Positions 11,150-22,094 of a stretch of DNA of 64,000 nt are shown one piece after another. The DNA lies in the NCBI RefSeq assembly GCF_000372725.1, contig NW_005201202.1, positions 186,001-250,000 of the forward strand. The letters run 5' to 3'. Below the pieces are notes generated by a model. The model ran no database searches and was not told the origin of the DNA. It saw only the letters and a program-made list of their open reading frames with translations. The DNA is from Emiliania huxleyi CCMP1516. Its lineage: Eukaryota. Position 1 is the stretch's first letter. Every line of letters starts with the position of its first letter. A program made the translations under genes and the position numbers.

Positions 11150-12133
11150 ATGTTGCAGACGAGTCTGCCAACGGTACGCTCAGAGCTGGGGCCCACGACC
11201 ACCCTCCCCGCGCTGTTCGAGTGGCGATTCTCGCCCTCCACGCATTTGAGCGCCTCGCGGCACCCAGCGTCAATCTATCTGAGCCCGGGTCACGGTCCGA
11301 GCAGTTTGCTCAGTCAGCACATCAAAAACGGATCGCAGAGATTCAACCACACGATCGTCGCCGTGGGCGGCTCTGATCGCCGCCTTTCTCAGGCGGCCCA
11401 CTTCGGACTGCATGTCGACGTTCTGCTGAGGACGTTTCGCATCGTGTATTGGGAAACCATTGACCACGTCGTCCCCGGCCTCCGACCACTACCCACACTG
11501 TTCACCGACCGATACCTCCGCGACGCTGGCCCGTCGGTGGCGGAGGCGATGCGTGGCGCGAGCCTCGACGACACGTCAAAGCCGCTCTGGCTCTTTGCGT
11601 CCTGGGGCCGCTACCAGCCGCAGCTGGATCGCAGCCCGAACTGCCGAGATCGGCAGGCAGCCGTGAGGTGGCTGCAAGGCATGGCGAACGCCTCGTGGAT
11701 CTCAAAGGGCAAACGGAGTCCGAAAGAGTACTGGCCCATCCTCGCGCGCCACCGATTCGCGCTCTCCCCCTCGGGGCTCGGCATCCAGAGTCCAAAGACC
11801 TACGAGGCGCTCGCAGTGCTGACGATCCCCATCTGCCACCGGACCAACCTGGCGTACGCGCAGCTGGCCGCCGAGGGGTGGCCGATTGTCCTGGTCGACA
11901 GTTGGGAGCACGTCACGATTGCAAACATGCAGCGCTGGTGGGCATCTCTCGCCCACAAGCTGAGGGGAGCGCGTTCGTGCTTTGCCGACAAGGGCCGCAT
12001 GTACCGGATGCTCGTCTCCGGGGAGACGATGGGCTCCTGCATCCAAACGGCAGAGCACCTGCATCTGAGGCCGTCTCATGATACAAGAGAAGGCGCCCGC
12101 CTCGCTGCTTCTCCGGGGCGTAGGCGGCGATAG
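11150..12133 (+). CDS. Exostosin/GT47-like glycosyltransferase domain protein
   Basis: 327-aa ORF with YWPILARHRFALSPSGLGIQSPKTYEALAVLTIPI...WPIVLVDSW, matching the GT47 C-terminal signature. The true 5' end is uncertain. Confidence 0.7.
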   Translation: MLQTSLPTVRSELGPTTTLPALFEWRFSPSTHLSASRHPASIYLSPGHGPSSLLSQHIKNGSQRFNHTIVAVGGSDRRLSQAAHFGLHVDVLLRTFRIVYWETIDHVVPGLRPLPTLFTDRYLRDAGPSVAEAMRGASLDDTSKPLWLFASWGRYQPQLDRSPNCRDRQAAVRWLQGMANASWISKGKRSPKEYWPILARHRFALSPSGLGIQSPKTYEALAVLTIPICHRTNLAYAQLAAEGWPIVLVDSWEHVTIANMQRWWASLAHKLRGARSCFADKGRMYRMLVSGETMGSCIQTAEHLHLRPSHDTREGARLAASPGRRRR

Positions 12134-12357
12134 CAACAACAGAGAGCACACACATTCCCCTCTGGGGGACATACACACCGACCGGATACTTACAACTTAG
12201 TTCGCATACTCCATGGCCATCGGCTGCATGTGTCCATGTGCACCATTGCTGAGTCTGAGGCATCACCAGGTCACACACCCACAGCTGGTCTCTGGTCAGC
12301 TCTCCGCAAGACGGACCACACACACACACACCTCCCGCGTCGTCCACCGGGCACGTA

Positions 12358-12440
12358 AAAATAAAAACGGTCAAACTCTGAGACGAGATGGGATTTAGGG
12401 ACATGTGTCCCCGCCCTGCACGATCTTGGTGTGAGGGATC
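12358..12440 (-). repeat. Repeat family B ((TTTA)n-tailed, retroposon-like 3' end)
   Basis: Reverse complement of about 27510-27605; diverged relatives at about 32445-32525 and 34375-34452. Confidence 0.75.
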
Positions 12441-12906
12441 TTCAATCCGTCCCCTCACCCCTGGTCACTACCCGACACTAGAAGAGCAGCAAGAGTTGGG
12501 GCTGCGGCTACGGCGGCGGCTGCGGGAGGGGCTAGAGTATGCGGTCGCGGGAGAGCCGCTGCGCCGCGTGGGCGCGCCTACACCGCGCTTGCTCCGCTCG
12601 CCACCTCTCGCAAAGGTTCAAAGTCATAGCCATCACCTCCTCCGGCAAGTCCTTTTCGCCTATCTCGCCGTCCCTCCATGCCTGGTATAGAGCTCGTCGT
12701 CATAGCCATATAATGATTTAATGCCATATTGAATTCGATATTGTTAAAGCCGTATATTGCGGGGAATGCACGCGACACGCGAGACGGAGTTTATTTATAT
12801 TCGTGGAGCTCCGCGTTGTGTCGTATATTCAAAAGCTTTGAGGGAGAGACAAGGCGGTCAACGTAGTACGCCAGGCACGTCGGAGGGTACTCGAAACGGA
12901 GACGCG

Positions 12907-13767
12907 CTACATGAAATCGAAATCGTCGTTCGCCCGCCAGCCCCCGCCTCCGCCATCGCCCTCGAGCCCTCCAAAGTCGTTGTCCACGTCCTTGCCCATG
13001 GCGATCTTGATCTTGCCCTTGGTCTTCTTGCCCTTCTTGTCCTTGTCGCGGTCCGCCTTGACCTTGTCGTTGTACAGCACCGACGCAAAGGTCGAGAGCT
13101 CCTTTGCCTCGTCGGTCGACATGCCCGCTGCCGCCTTGCGCAGCAGGCACTTGAGCACGCTCATGTGGCCGGTCTTGCCCTCGTACGGGCGCAACCGCTC
13201 CGCCAGCGACTCGGCCAGCTTTTCGTAGTCCTTCTCGCTCTTCGCCACAAAGTCCGCGCCCAGGTCGCCAACCTTTGGCGCCGGCCGCACCGCCTCGGAC
13301 GGCTTGGCGGCGGCGGGCTTGGCGGCGGCGGGTTTGTTCGGCGGTTTGGCCGCGGGCGCGGGCGCGGGCGCGGGCGTGCCGACACTCGTCTCCGCCATGT
13401 CGAGGCCGAACGCCGCCGCCGCGTTGTCAAAGTCGGACGCCTCCTGCTGCAGCTTCCTCAGCGCGCGCTCGCGCGCTTCGCCGGTGAGGCTCGGGTCGAT
13501 CTCGGTCGAGACGCCCGCCCTCTCCCGCAGCGCCGCCATCCGCGCCGCCTCCTCTGCCTCGCGCGCCTCGCGCGCCTCGATCTTCTTCTCCAGCTCGGTC
13601 TTCTCACGCGGCGCCGCCCGCGGGGCGGCCACCGGCACGCTCGCCGGCTCCGCCTTGTCCGGGTCGTGCGCCTCCTCGTCGGACCACTCTGCCTTGTCCT
13701 CCTCGCCCTTCTGCGGCAGGGACAGGTCCGCCGCCTCCCAGTCGTCCTCGCTGTCGTCCCAGGCCAT
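12907..13767 (-). CDS. EIF3J: Eukaryotic translation initiation factor 3 subunit J
   Basis: Intronless, 286 aa. Acidic N-terminus MAWDDSEDDWE...WSDEE, RKLQQEASDFDNAAAAFG, basic KKGKKTKGK, terminal DDFDFM. Confidence 0.9.
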   Translation of the reverse strand: MAWDDSEDDWEAADLSLPQKGEEDKAEWSDEEAHDPDKAEPASVPVAAPRAAPREKTELEKKIEAREAREAEEAARMAALRERAGVSTEIDPSLTGEARERALRKLQQEASDFDNAAAAFGLDMAETSVGTPAPAPAPAAKPPNKPAAAKPAAAKPSEAVRPAPKVGDLGADFVAKSEKDYEKLAESLAERLRPYEGKTGHMSVLKCLLRKAAAGMSTDEAKELSTFASVLYNDKVKADRDKDKKGKKTKGKIKIAMGKDVDNDFGGLEGDGGGGGWRANDDFDFM

Positions 13768-14535
13768 GCCCTCGTGGGAATGGTTACGCCGCCGCGCAGT
13801 CTCCTGAGCCAGGCAGCTGTGAATAGCACGTATTTTCTTCTCAATAACAAGCCTGGTGTAGAGCAAGCCTGCTCTAGCCTCGCATGTCACTTCCTGTCGT
13901 CTGTTGTGTCGTTGTGCCCTTGTTTGTACTCTTGGCACCGTGGAGTGCTGGGGGGGGCGACAGGGAGGATATGGCCTTGAGTTATGTGTAAGCCGACTCA
14001 GGGTGTGTGGCAGCCCGCTGGCTGTGTGTCTTGTGAGCTTGTTTGTGTCTGTGTGTCGCTCGTGCGTGCCGTCATCATCTGTCCAGCGTCCACCCATACC
14101 GCGTTGGTGTCCAGTCCGAGCCTGGCTGTTCTTCACCTTTCTACCTACCTACCTACCTGGTGTTAATTATTAATAGTCTGTATTCCAGAATTCCGTTGGG
14201 GGGAGGTATTCAGTCGGGGGCATTAATAATCGTCGGGCGGGGGCGCGGCGCGGCGGCGGGCGGGGCGGCGCGGCGCGCGGGGCGGCGAGACCATCTGTAC
14301 TGAACGGGCCAGCTAGCCAGGGTTGGTGGACTAACATTAGCACACCTCCAGGGGCAGCACTGACTACAGATCGTGCCAACACTTGGCGCAAAGGTCGGTG
14401 TTAGCACAGTCGAACGGCAGTCCCAAAACAAGCGTTAGCACAGCCGTTAGCACGGTGTTGGCACACCCTCCGGGTAAAACCCGGGTATACCTGCAAAAAA
14501 CCAGGTATACCCGAGAAATACCTAGGTCCGCGTCA

Positions 14536-15015
14536 ATGTGCCGCGCGCGCCCACTCCCAGGGCCCCTGCGCCAACTGCGGCTCGCACCGCCTGCTCAAGT
14601 ACGCGCACCGCACCATGTGCGCTCGCTACAAGTGCTAAAGGCAGCATCGGCGCTGCGCCAGGCGCGGCTGGCAGGTGGCGGTGCGGACGATGCGGTCGTG
14701 CCGACATTCTGCTTCAAGATTGAGGCAGTGCTCGGCATGCGCTTCTGCGAGCCCGAGCAGCTCATCGCAACGAAGCGGCGCAACAGGCTGGCTGCTGCCG
14801 ACAAGGCCGTGTGCTACCTCACGCGAGGCACCTTCAAAGAGGACAGCAATGACGCTGGATTCACCGACACGCGCTGGGTGGAGCTCGAGGAGCTGTACGA
14901 GAACTGTGGCAAGACGCCACTGAAGAATGCGCTCAAGAAGTACCGAAAGGCGGAAGAGGAGGATGTGGATGCGGCGATTGCCGACTTTGAGGAGGGCGTC
15001 GAGCACGAGGGATAA
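14536..15015 (+). CDS. Transposon-borne chromodomain-like ORF (5' part possibly frameshifted)
   Basis: FKIEAVLGMR...YLTRGTF...DTRWVELEELYENCG...LKKY follows the chromo-fold pattern (Y/F)xVExIL..R..YL(V)K..W..EE.L..C. Confidence 0.5.
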   Translation: MCRARPLPGPLRQLRLAPPAQVRAPHHVRSLQVLKAASALRQARLAGGGADDAVVPTFCFKIEAVLGMRFCEPEQLIATKRRNRLAAADKAVCYLTRGTFKEDSNDAGFTDTRWVELEELYENCGKTPLKNALKKYRKAEEEDVDAAIADFEEGVEHEG

Positions 15016-15242
15016 TCATAAATAGGCGCATTTGGGATGCGGATGGCTGGGGACGCCCATGGGACATGTTCGCAATCGCAGCTGCAGGTGTGAAGTGAAT
15101 ATGACCAGATGCGCGTTCTTTACAACTAAAACCAAGGGCAGCAACAGCCCCTCCCCTCCCCAGACAGACGGGTCCAAGGTAGATGACTCACGCACACAAC
15201 GAGACGAGCGCGCCGTACACCAACCCCGACACACGCACCTCT

Positions 15243-15710
15243 CTAGAGGCAGTCCTCCGCCTTGTGCTCATACTTGATGGGTGCGGCGGCCGGGTGGGCC
15301 TGGCGACCGCGCTTGCTGCCCTTGACGAGCTGCCGCCCTCGCCGCCGCCCTCGCCGCCGCCGCCCTCGCCGCCGCCCGCCCTCGCCGCCACTCTCGCCGC
15401 CGCCCTTGCCACCGCCCTCCTCGCCGCCAGCCTCCTTGCCGCCGCCACCCTGGCCCGGGGGCTCCTCAGGCGAGTCGACCCGCTGGCGGAGCGGCAGGGC
15501 GCCCTCGCTGCGCACGCCGCTGGCGTTGTACGCCTCGAGGCAGGGCTTGCCGCAGAAGTACTCGCCTTCTTGAGGCATCCACACCATATCGCACGCCACC
15601 CACGAGTGCACCGGCAGTTTGCATTGCTTGCAGCTGTGTGCCGCTGCATTCTGGTGCTCGAAGACCAGCTTGCATGCAGCACAAGCACGCGGCTCGTCGT
15701 TGCCGTTCAT
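15243..15710 (-). CDS. Transposon-borne PHD-like zinc-finger ORF
   Basis: C-x2-C-x13-C-x2-C-x4-H-x4-C-x12-C-x3-C (CAACKLVFEHQNAAAHSCKQCKLPVHSWVACDMVWMPQEGEYFCGKPC), followed by a Gly/Arg-rich tail. Confidence 0.6.
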   Translation of the reverse strand: MNGNDEPRACAACKLVFEHQNAAAHSCKQCKLPVHSWVACDMVWMPQEGEYFCGKPCLEAYNASGVRSEGALPLRQRVDSPEEPPGQGGGGKEAGGEEGGGKGGGESGGEGGRRRGRRRRGRRRGRQLVKGSKRGRQAHPAAAPIKYEHKAEDCL

Positions 15711-16652
15711 CGCGCTGCGGCCAGTCTCAGCACCGCCCAGCGAGCGCGTGGGCGTGTGGTCGCGTGACAACTCTGGACTCTGGTAGCGCTCCTTCAAAGA
15801 ATTCGCGCCTAGCCTCCCCACCCCTCTAACGGAGCGTGCCAACACCTCCCGAGTGGCAGTGTTAGCACGTTCTAACACCTCTGCGGCTGTGGTGTTAACC
15901 GTTAACGTACCAACACCGTTCTAACATTAGTCCACCAACCCTGCAGCTAGCTGGTCTTTGAGTCAGGGCAATGGTCGCGCCGCCCTCGACTCACGGGGCT
16001 GCCTTCCACCCGTCGCTGCTCAGGCCGGGGGAGGCGGGGAGGGGGGGCGGGGGGAGACCTCCTGTTCCGCGGATCGCGAGCACAGGCCCCTCCTTGCCCG
16101 GTCTGCGAAGCAGGACGGTGGTCGTGCCATCTTCGCCGTCGTACTCGAAACCACCACGCCGCAACCGTCGCCGGCGCGCGACACGTTCCCGTAGGCCGGA
16201 CTGTCCTCGTCGAGAGTGTGTGCCGCCAAGGCAGGACACACTCAGGGGCAGTGCCGACGCGCCACCCGCCCGTGTGCTGCTGCAGCCGCCTCCGCCGCCG
16301 CCGCCTGCCTCCGCAGCGCCCTCGCGCCAGCGGACAAAAGCAGTCATATCTCATGAGCTGCCTTTCCAGAGCGCACAAGACTGCATGGCTCTTGTGGCAC
16401 GGTCGTTGGACCAGCGTTCGAGCCGGCGCTGTTATGCTGCAACCCTTTTTTTTCCTGGGATCCTGGCTCACAAGCTAAAGATGTTCACGGGCCCCCACAC
16501 GCATGGGGACCCGGGTACTCTTTAGCTGTACTCGTCTAGGCAGGGGTTGGTTATGCTGCCAGTTCGAATCCCGCTGGTCGCATCCCTCGCGGAGCGACGC
16601 GGAGCGCGCGCACGCGTGCGCGGATGCGCCAATGCTCCAACAGCGACAGCAA

Positions 16653-16690
<38 letters not shown>

Positions 16691-16890
16691 ACTGTCTTTT
16701 TACGCCTCGACGCGGTCCACACTAAGTTTCAGAGTGTCGACCACAAGAATTGGGCCAAAAAAAAGGCGTCGGTAATAAGCTGATGGCTAAGTTTCAGAAG
16801 TTGTCGACAACTAAGAACTGGGCAAAAAAAAGGCAAGAAGCTGATGGCCTCGCGGCCACAACCTCATCCACTGGTCGAGAACCAGGTTGA

Positions 16891-18449
16891 ATGGGCCTAT
16901 TCGCCAAGGCGAAGTCGGCCGCCGCCCCGCCTGCGGCCGGCACAGTGCTCGCCGCCCCACGCGGGGCGGCCGGAGGGCCGCCCGCGGCGCCCGCGGCGGC
17001 GCCCGTCAAGCCGCGCCCCTCCACGCCCACCACAACCAGCGGCTCTACGGCCGGGACGTCGATCGGCTCGACAAGCAGCGCCGGGAGCCTCGTCGAGGGC
17101 TCTGATGCGGGGAAGCCGAGTGCGCTGAGCGCGTCGTCGCTCAAGCTGCGCGCGCAAGCGGTGCGGCTCGGGCTGCCGCCGCAGCTGCTCGTCGCGCCCT
17201 GCTCCGAGAGGGTCGAGATTGACCTGCTCGAGGACACGGTTCCGCTCGGCAGCGGCGAGTTCTGCACCGCCCACTCGGCGAGACTGCGGGGGGAGCGAGT
17301 CGCGCTCAAGATGCTGCGGCCTGCGCGCGAGTCGTCCGAGCTCGCGATCTCGGACCTCCGCAGGGAGATCGCCGTCCTGTCCCAGATGTGCCAAAACGGC
17401 GGCGGACACCCGAACATTGCGCGCGCGGCTTGCGCGGTCTGCCCCTCCTCTGCACCGCCTCTGAAGTTGACGCACTTGGCAGGTGCGGCTGGTGGCGCAC
17501 GGGTACACGCCGACCGGCTCGCCCTTCTGCGCGCTCGAGCTCTTCCAGGAGCCGCTCAGCGCCGCGCTACCGACCAGCAAGGCGCAGCGCAAGCTCTGGC
17601 CGGCCAAGCGCGGCGTGAGCATCGGGCTCCAGCTCGCGAGGGCGCTTCACTACTGCCACGACAGGCGCGAGACTAGCCGAGACTAGCCGAGACTAGCCGA
17701 GACTAGCCGAGACTAGCCGAGGCTCGCCGAGACTCGCCGAGAGTGCACGCTTGCCAGGGGCCCCCGGGCAGCTCCGCTGGACGCGCGGCTTGCGCCGAGC
17801 GCCCCCCCCCCCCCCCCCCGCTCCCGCTTCTGAGCCTTCTCGCAGCCCTCCCCGCAGGCCGCATCGTCCTCGCCGACTTCGGGCTGCTCAAGATCTGGAA
17901 GCGGGGCGAGGACGACACAGAGCGGCGCCAGCTGACCGGCCTGACCGGCCCCCTCCCGCTGCGTGGCTGCCGAGGCGTGAAGAGCGGCGTCCTCTCACGG
18001 CTGCAGCTGTGAACAGGCTCGCTCCGGTACATGGCGCCCGAGGTTGCCCTCTCGCAGCCGTACAACCACAAGGCGGAGGTCTTCTCCTTCACCTCGCTGC
18101 TCTACCATGTCCTCTCCCTCGAGAAGCCGTTCGCCGCCATGGACGCAAAGGCTTTCGTCACCGAGGCGTGCGCCGCAAAGGGAAACCGCCGCTCGGTGTC
18201 CCGCTCCTTCCAGCTTCACGACTCGCGCCCTCCTTTTCCAGGCGTGCCACAAGGGCAGGCGCTGCCCGCTGGCAAAGGCGCGGCCAGCCCGAAGCACTCA
18301 GTACTGCCGATTCCCGTCGCGAGCTCAGCCGCTGCTCGGGTTAGGCGTGGCCGGCGAAGCTCCGCCGCCTGATGACGGAGGGTTGGGCCGCCGACCCGAC
18401 CGACCGACCCGACTTCGAGGAGGCCGTGCGCGTGCTCGAGGCGCTCTGA
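16891..18449 (+). CDS. TKL-type protein kinase, multi-exon; catalytic-loop exon not visible
   Basis: LGSGEFC, VALK, GHPNI, ARALHYCHD, LADFGL, TGSLRYMAPE, EVFSF, WAADPTDRPDF; TGA at 18447-18449. Confidence 0.85.
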
Positions 18450-19899
18450 CGCGGTGCCGCGGCATTTCTGCGACCTTTTTCCACCCCCCCCCCCCCTCCT
18501 CCCGCCGTGGCTGCCCCCCTCGAGGCCTTTCCGCCGCGGGCCTGCCGTGCCGTACGAATATGATCGCGCATCTCGTGTGTCACACGTATCTCGTGTGACT
18601 GTTGTGTTGCAGCACTGTTGAGTGTTGTGTTGATTAGGTCCAGCCCTCGCTGGGTGGCACGGGTTGTGACATTTGGCGATTCCGCGGCTTACTGGGCCCC
18701 TGAGCCGCTCCCGTGTTGGCCCAGGCATGGTACTGATAGTAGACGGTTCAGAACCGGCCAAACACAGGCTACAGCCCCACACACGCGCCCGCCATAGGCC
18801 GATAGCTCCACTGCGTCCTGGAGACAGGAGAGATGTGTGAGGACGCGCAAAAGTCAAACAAAACAAAAGCCGCGAGAGTCGCATCAAAGAGGCAGGAACG
18901 ACGTGCTCTTGCTGCACCTCGCAGCTGCACCGAGTGTGCTCGCAGTGTATGCTACGGCCGCCGCCTACTGGCATTGCTCTCGGCGTGCAGCTAGGCGACG
19001 CAGGTCCATCAGCAGGGCTCATCCAATGCGAGCGCACATTGTGCGTAGCCGCGGGCAGGTGTGGCAGTGCACAGCCGCACACCGGCTCTGGCGGCTCGTA
19101 TGCCCCCGGCAGTGCTGCTAGTCATTAACTTGCGTAATGGGGCCGCAGCAGGCTGCTGCTGTGGCAGCAGCAGCAGCCTGCTGCTGCCTGATTCAGTCAA
19201 GCCAGCGGCGCAGCGAGGCGTGCAGAATTCGCGTGGTTTTGTCCCTCGGCCTCCCTCCTGAGGCTGAGCGCATTCGAGCCCATCGACCGGAGTTGGATGG
19301 TACCACGCTTCTCCCTGTCATGCGTTACCCAAATGCGCCCGCCGTTTTTCGTCATACCCCCCCCCTCCGAAACCCGCCGACTTTGATTGGGTCCGGTTCA
19401 ACCTCACTCCCATCTCTATACTTTCAGATACAAAACGTCAGATCTGTGCCACCCTGGGCTGGACCTAGTCTCGTGTTGCAGGCTTGCAGCGCACGTGCTG
19501 TGGTCTCGAGTCCTCAGCAGTCAGCACATGCTTCTATCTCTAGCGCACTGTAGTCTGTGTACACCTCTGTGTGTGACGTCTGACGACTCCCCCGCTCTCC
19601 GCACTCCCCGGTCTCCGCTCGCGAGACGCGACGCGCGAGACCCGAGAGACGAGAGAGTCTCAAAATTTTGAACGAGACCGCAAGAGTTGCGGCTGCGGGC
19701 TGGGGCCGGTGGCCTCCATCAACCGTATCAAGGCGGGCATCCAGCGGCAGCGCCTTCGCGACGCCCGACGCATGCGCGATGCGGCACCGCGTGGAGATAC
19801 GTGCTGCCACCCCACCTCGATCCTCGTGCTCGAGTGTATCGTTGAGGAGCCCTTGCCCGCGGCGGCGGGAGCCTAGCCCGCAGCAGCGCTCGTGCACGC

Positions 19900-20949
19900 T
19901 CAATCCCCCTTTTCTCTCCCAGCTGTCGCCGGCCGGGTCGATGGCGTCATGGAGAAGCAAGTGCTTCCCACGAGCACCGCCGCGGCTCCGGCCCAGAGCG
20001 TGGGCGACGAGCGAAGCGAGGTGTCGGGCGAGAGCAGGAGCACAGAGGCGACGAATGCGAGGAACTTTTGGAGCGTGAGAACGAGGGTGGTGTGGAGCGC
20101 GCCGGAGCGCTCAATCAGTCGCGTGCAGATTAGCTTGCAGCAATAATCAAAGACGAGGTTTGCCGCCAGGAGCACCCACATGCCCGGCCATTGAACGCCA
20201 CCAACGTGAGGGCCGGACCAGCTGGAGGCATGCTCGAGGGCGCGTCCACCACCGCGCAGCAAGAGGATGGGCAAGCCGAGGATGTTGCGAAAGAATATCA
20301 TCTCCTCTGCGCTGGCGCGCGTGCCGCCTGGGAGGCGCGCAAACGCCCGCTCCTGCATGCAGCCCGTGACGGCGCGCAGCAGCAGCGCCACCGGAAGCAG
20401 CGCCACCCCTGTCCAGAGCCCTCCAGCCACGTCGCTGCGTGTTGGCGCTGACGCCCCTGCTGTCCCAGACATGGCCGTGAGCACCAAGCCGACGCTGGTG
20501 AGGCCGATGCTGAGCAGCTGCGGAGCAGAGTAGCGCCTGCCGAGGAGGAGGGTGCCGACCACGGCGTTTGCCACGAGCGAGCCATTCTTGAGGGTCGTGA
20601 TCACCACGACGGGAAGCGGCGACGCGAGGGCCTGGTTGAGCAGCAGCGGGTAGCAGACGGTGATGAGTGCCAGCAGCAGGTGCGTCTGCACCGGCACCGT
20701 CCACTCGGGCTGCCGCAGCGCGGTTGGGGCAGCGAGCAAGAGGCCAAACGTGGCTTCGCTGGTCGAGATCAGCCCTCCGCAGCCCCTGTCTACCGAGTTG
20801 AGGGCGTCGTACGGCCACTGGCACAGGCAGGCGCAGAGCACGAGCGCCCCGGAGAGCAGCAGGGAGCCGGAGAGCCAGGACGAGGTCGCCGCCTCCTCCG
20901 CCGCCACCTCTGCCTCGTCGGCCACCGCGGACTGCGGCTCCTTCTCCAT
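19900..20949 (-). CDS. Nucleotide-sugar transporter (UAA family, SLC35B4/YEA4-like)
   Basis: Intronless multi-TM ORF from MEKEPQ with LLNQAL..LPV....LKNGSLVAN..G..LLGRRYS..Q, GCMQE, EMIFF, TLVLTLQKF. Confidence 0.85.
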   Translation of the reverse strand: MEKEPQSAVADEAEVAAEEAATSSWLSGSLLLSGALVLCACLCQWPYDALNSVDRGCGGLISTSEATFGLLLAAPTALRQPEWTVPVQTHLLLALITVCYPLLLNQALASPLPVVVITTLKNGSLVANAVVGTLLLGRRYSAPQLLSIGLTSVGLVLTAMSGTAGASAPTRSDVAGGLWTGVALLPVALLLRAVTGCMQERAFARLPGGTRASAEEMIFFRNILGLPILLLRGGGRALEHASSWSGPHVGGVQWPGMWVLLAANLVFDYCCKLICTRLIERSGALHTTLVLTLQKFLAFVASVLLLSPDTSLRSSPTLWAGAAAVLVGSTCFSMTPSTRPATAGREKGD

Positions 20950-21551
20950 TGCAAACGCCCGCCGCAGCCTCCCGCCGCTGGGAAGGGGCGAGGAGAGGCG
21001 CTGCGTGGCCCGCAGAAAGGCAGGCGACGGCACCAGCTCGTGCCGCCCATCCAGCAGGTCGACGGCCAGTGCCGCCGCCCGACGCCACCGCTCCCACGCC
21101 TCGCCATGCAGGCTCCCCAGCTCGCCGCGGCTCTCGGAGCCGATCACAGAGGTGGCGTGGAGGAGCGTGGGCGGCGGCGGCTTCCGCCGCGCCTGGGGTA
21201 CGAGACCCACGGAGTGGCTGTGGCGGAGCATTGGCCAGCCCTCGCTGGGCGACCCAAATGGCGACGCCCAGCGCGTCGGCCGGCGCGTCGTACGTCCTTT
21301 CGAAGTTCAGCGGGAAGAACTCTTGCCGAAAGTTAAGGCGTGGTCGACGTTCCGCGCTGTGTGTCGCGCCTGAGCTCGCCCTTGCCGCTCGAGGCTACCC
21401 GGGAACCACAGACAGCATCAAAGGACACGCTAGATGTGCTTGTGACTGACGCGTCTCTCGTGAACGTGATTGATCGCGGCCGGCACGAGCAGTGCTGTGT
21501 GCGGCGCTCGCCAATGGCGATTGTGCTGGACGGCGGACGGTGTGGTTGCTC

Positions 21552-21844
21552 AGATGGCCTTATGACGACCCCATTTCGACATCGTCCCTAAGACAGGTAC
21601 CCATGAGCTCCATCCATGGGCCATGCGGGAATGACTGGCTCAACCAATTGATCACAAATTCCCTCGGTGCTCACATCGAGGTCGTCAAATTATGCTGTCA
21701 CGAGGAAGAATTTTACCGTTTTGAGAGATTTTGTGGGAATTTGTGATCAGTTTCGGTTGAGCCAGTCATTCCCGCATGCCGCATGGAGCTCATGGGTACC
21801 TGTCTTAGGAACGATGTCGAAATGGGGTCGTCATAAGGCCATCT
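21552..21844. mobile_element. Fold-back MITE with inverted arms of about 110 bp
   Basis: agatggccttatgacgaccccatttcgacatcgt...tgatcacaaattccc is mirrored by gggaatttgtgatca...acgatgtcgaaatggggtcgtcataaggccatct. Flanks TCA/TTA could be a Harbinger-type TSD. Confidence 0.85.
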
Positions 21845-22094
21845 TAGTGGCTACACGGCCTGCCACGGGTTGTGAGCCGCGACTCTGGACGACTCTGAAC
21901 CGGCGCTTGATGCGGGCGTAGCTTGCGATCCCGACCTTGCGCGATGAGCCTCTTGATGCATTCTACATGTACCATCTACTCGCACACGGCAAGCATGGCG
22001 ACGCCTCACGCCCCATGCCGGCCATCCAAGATATGCGCGCGCCAAGGGTTTGCTACCACCTTAAACAAAACAACGGAGGGAAGAATTTCCTTGT

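Larger units (their letters stand above)
14318..15943. mobile_element. Non-autonomous hAT-like element with cargo ORFs
   Basis: Perfect 17-bp TIR CAGGGTTGGTGGACTAA; 8-bp TSD CAGCTAGC at 14310-14317 and 15944-15951; GTTAGCAC/CTAACA subterminal repeats. Confidence 0.92.

Noticed and set aside
12757..13980. Long antisense ORFs (407 aa here; also 20660-21373, 29544-30362, 51187-51897, 62629-63795)
   Set aside because: Shadow frames of real genes in GC-rich DNA, with no independent motifs.
15952..16347. Minus-strand gene with in-frame TGA (selenocysteine) interrupted by the hAT element
   Set aside because: No recognisable domain or SECIS; the frame continuity is explainable by chance.
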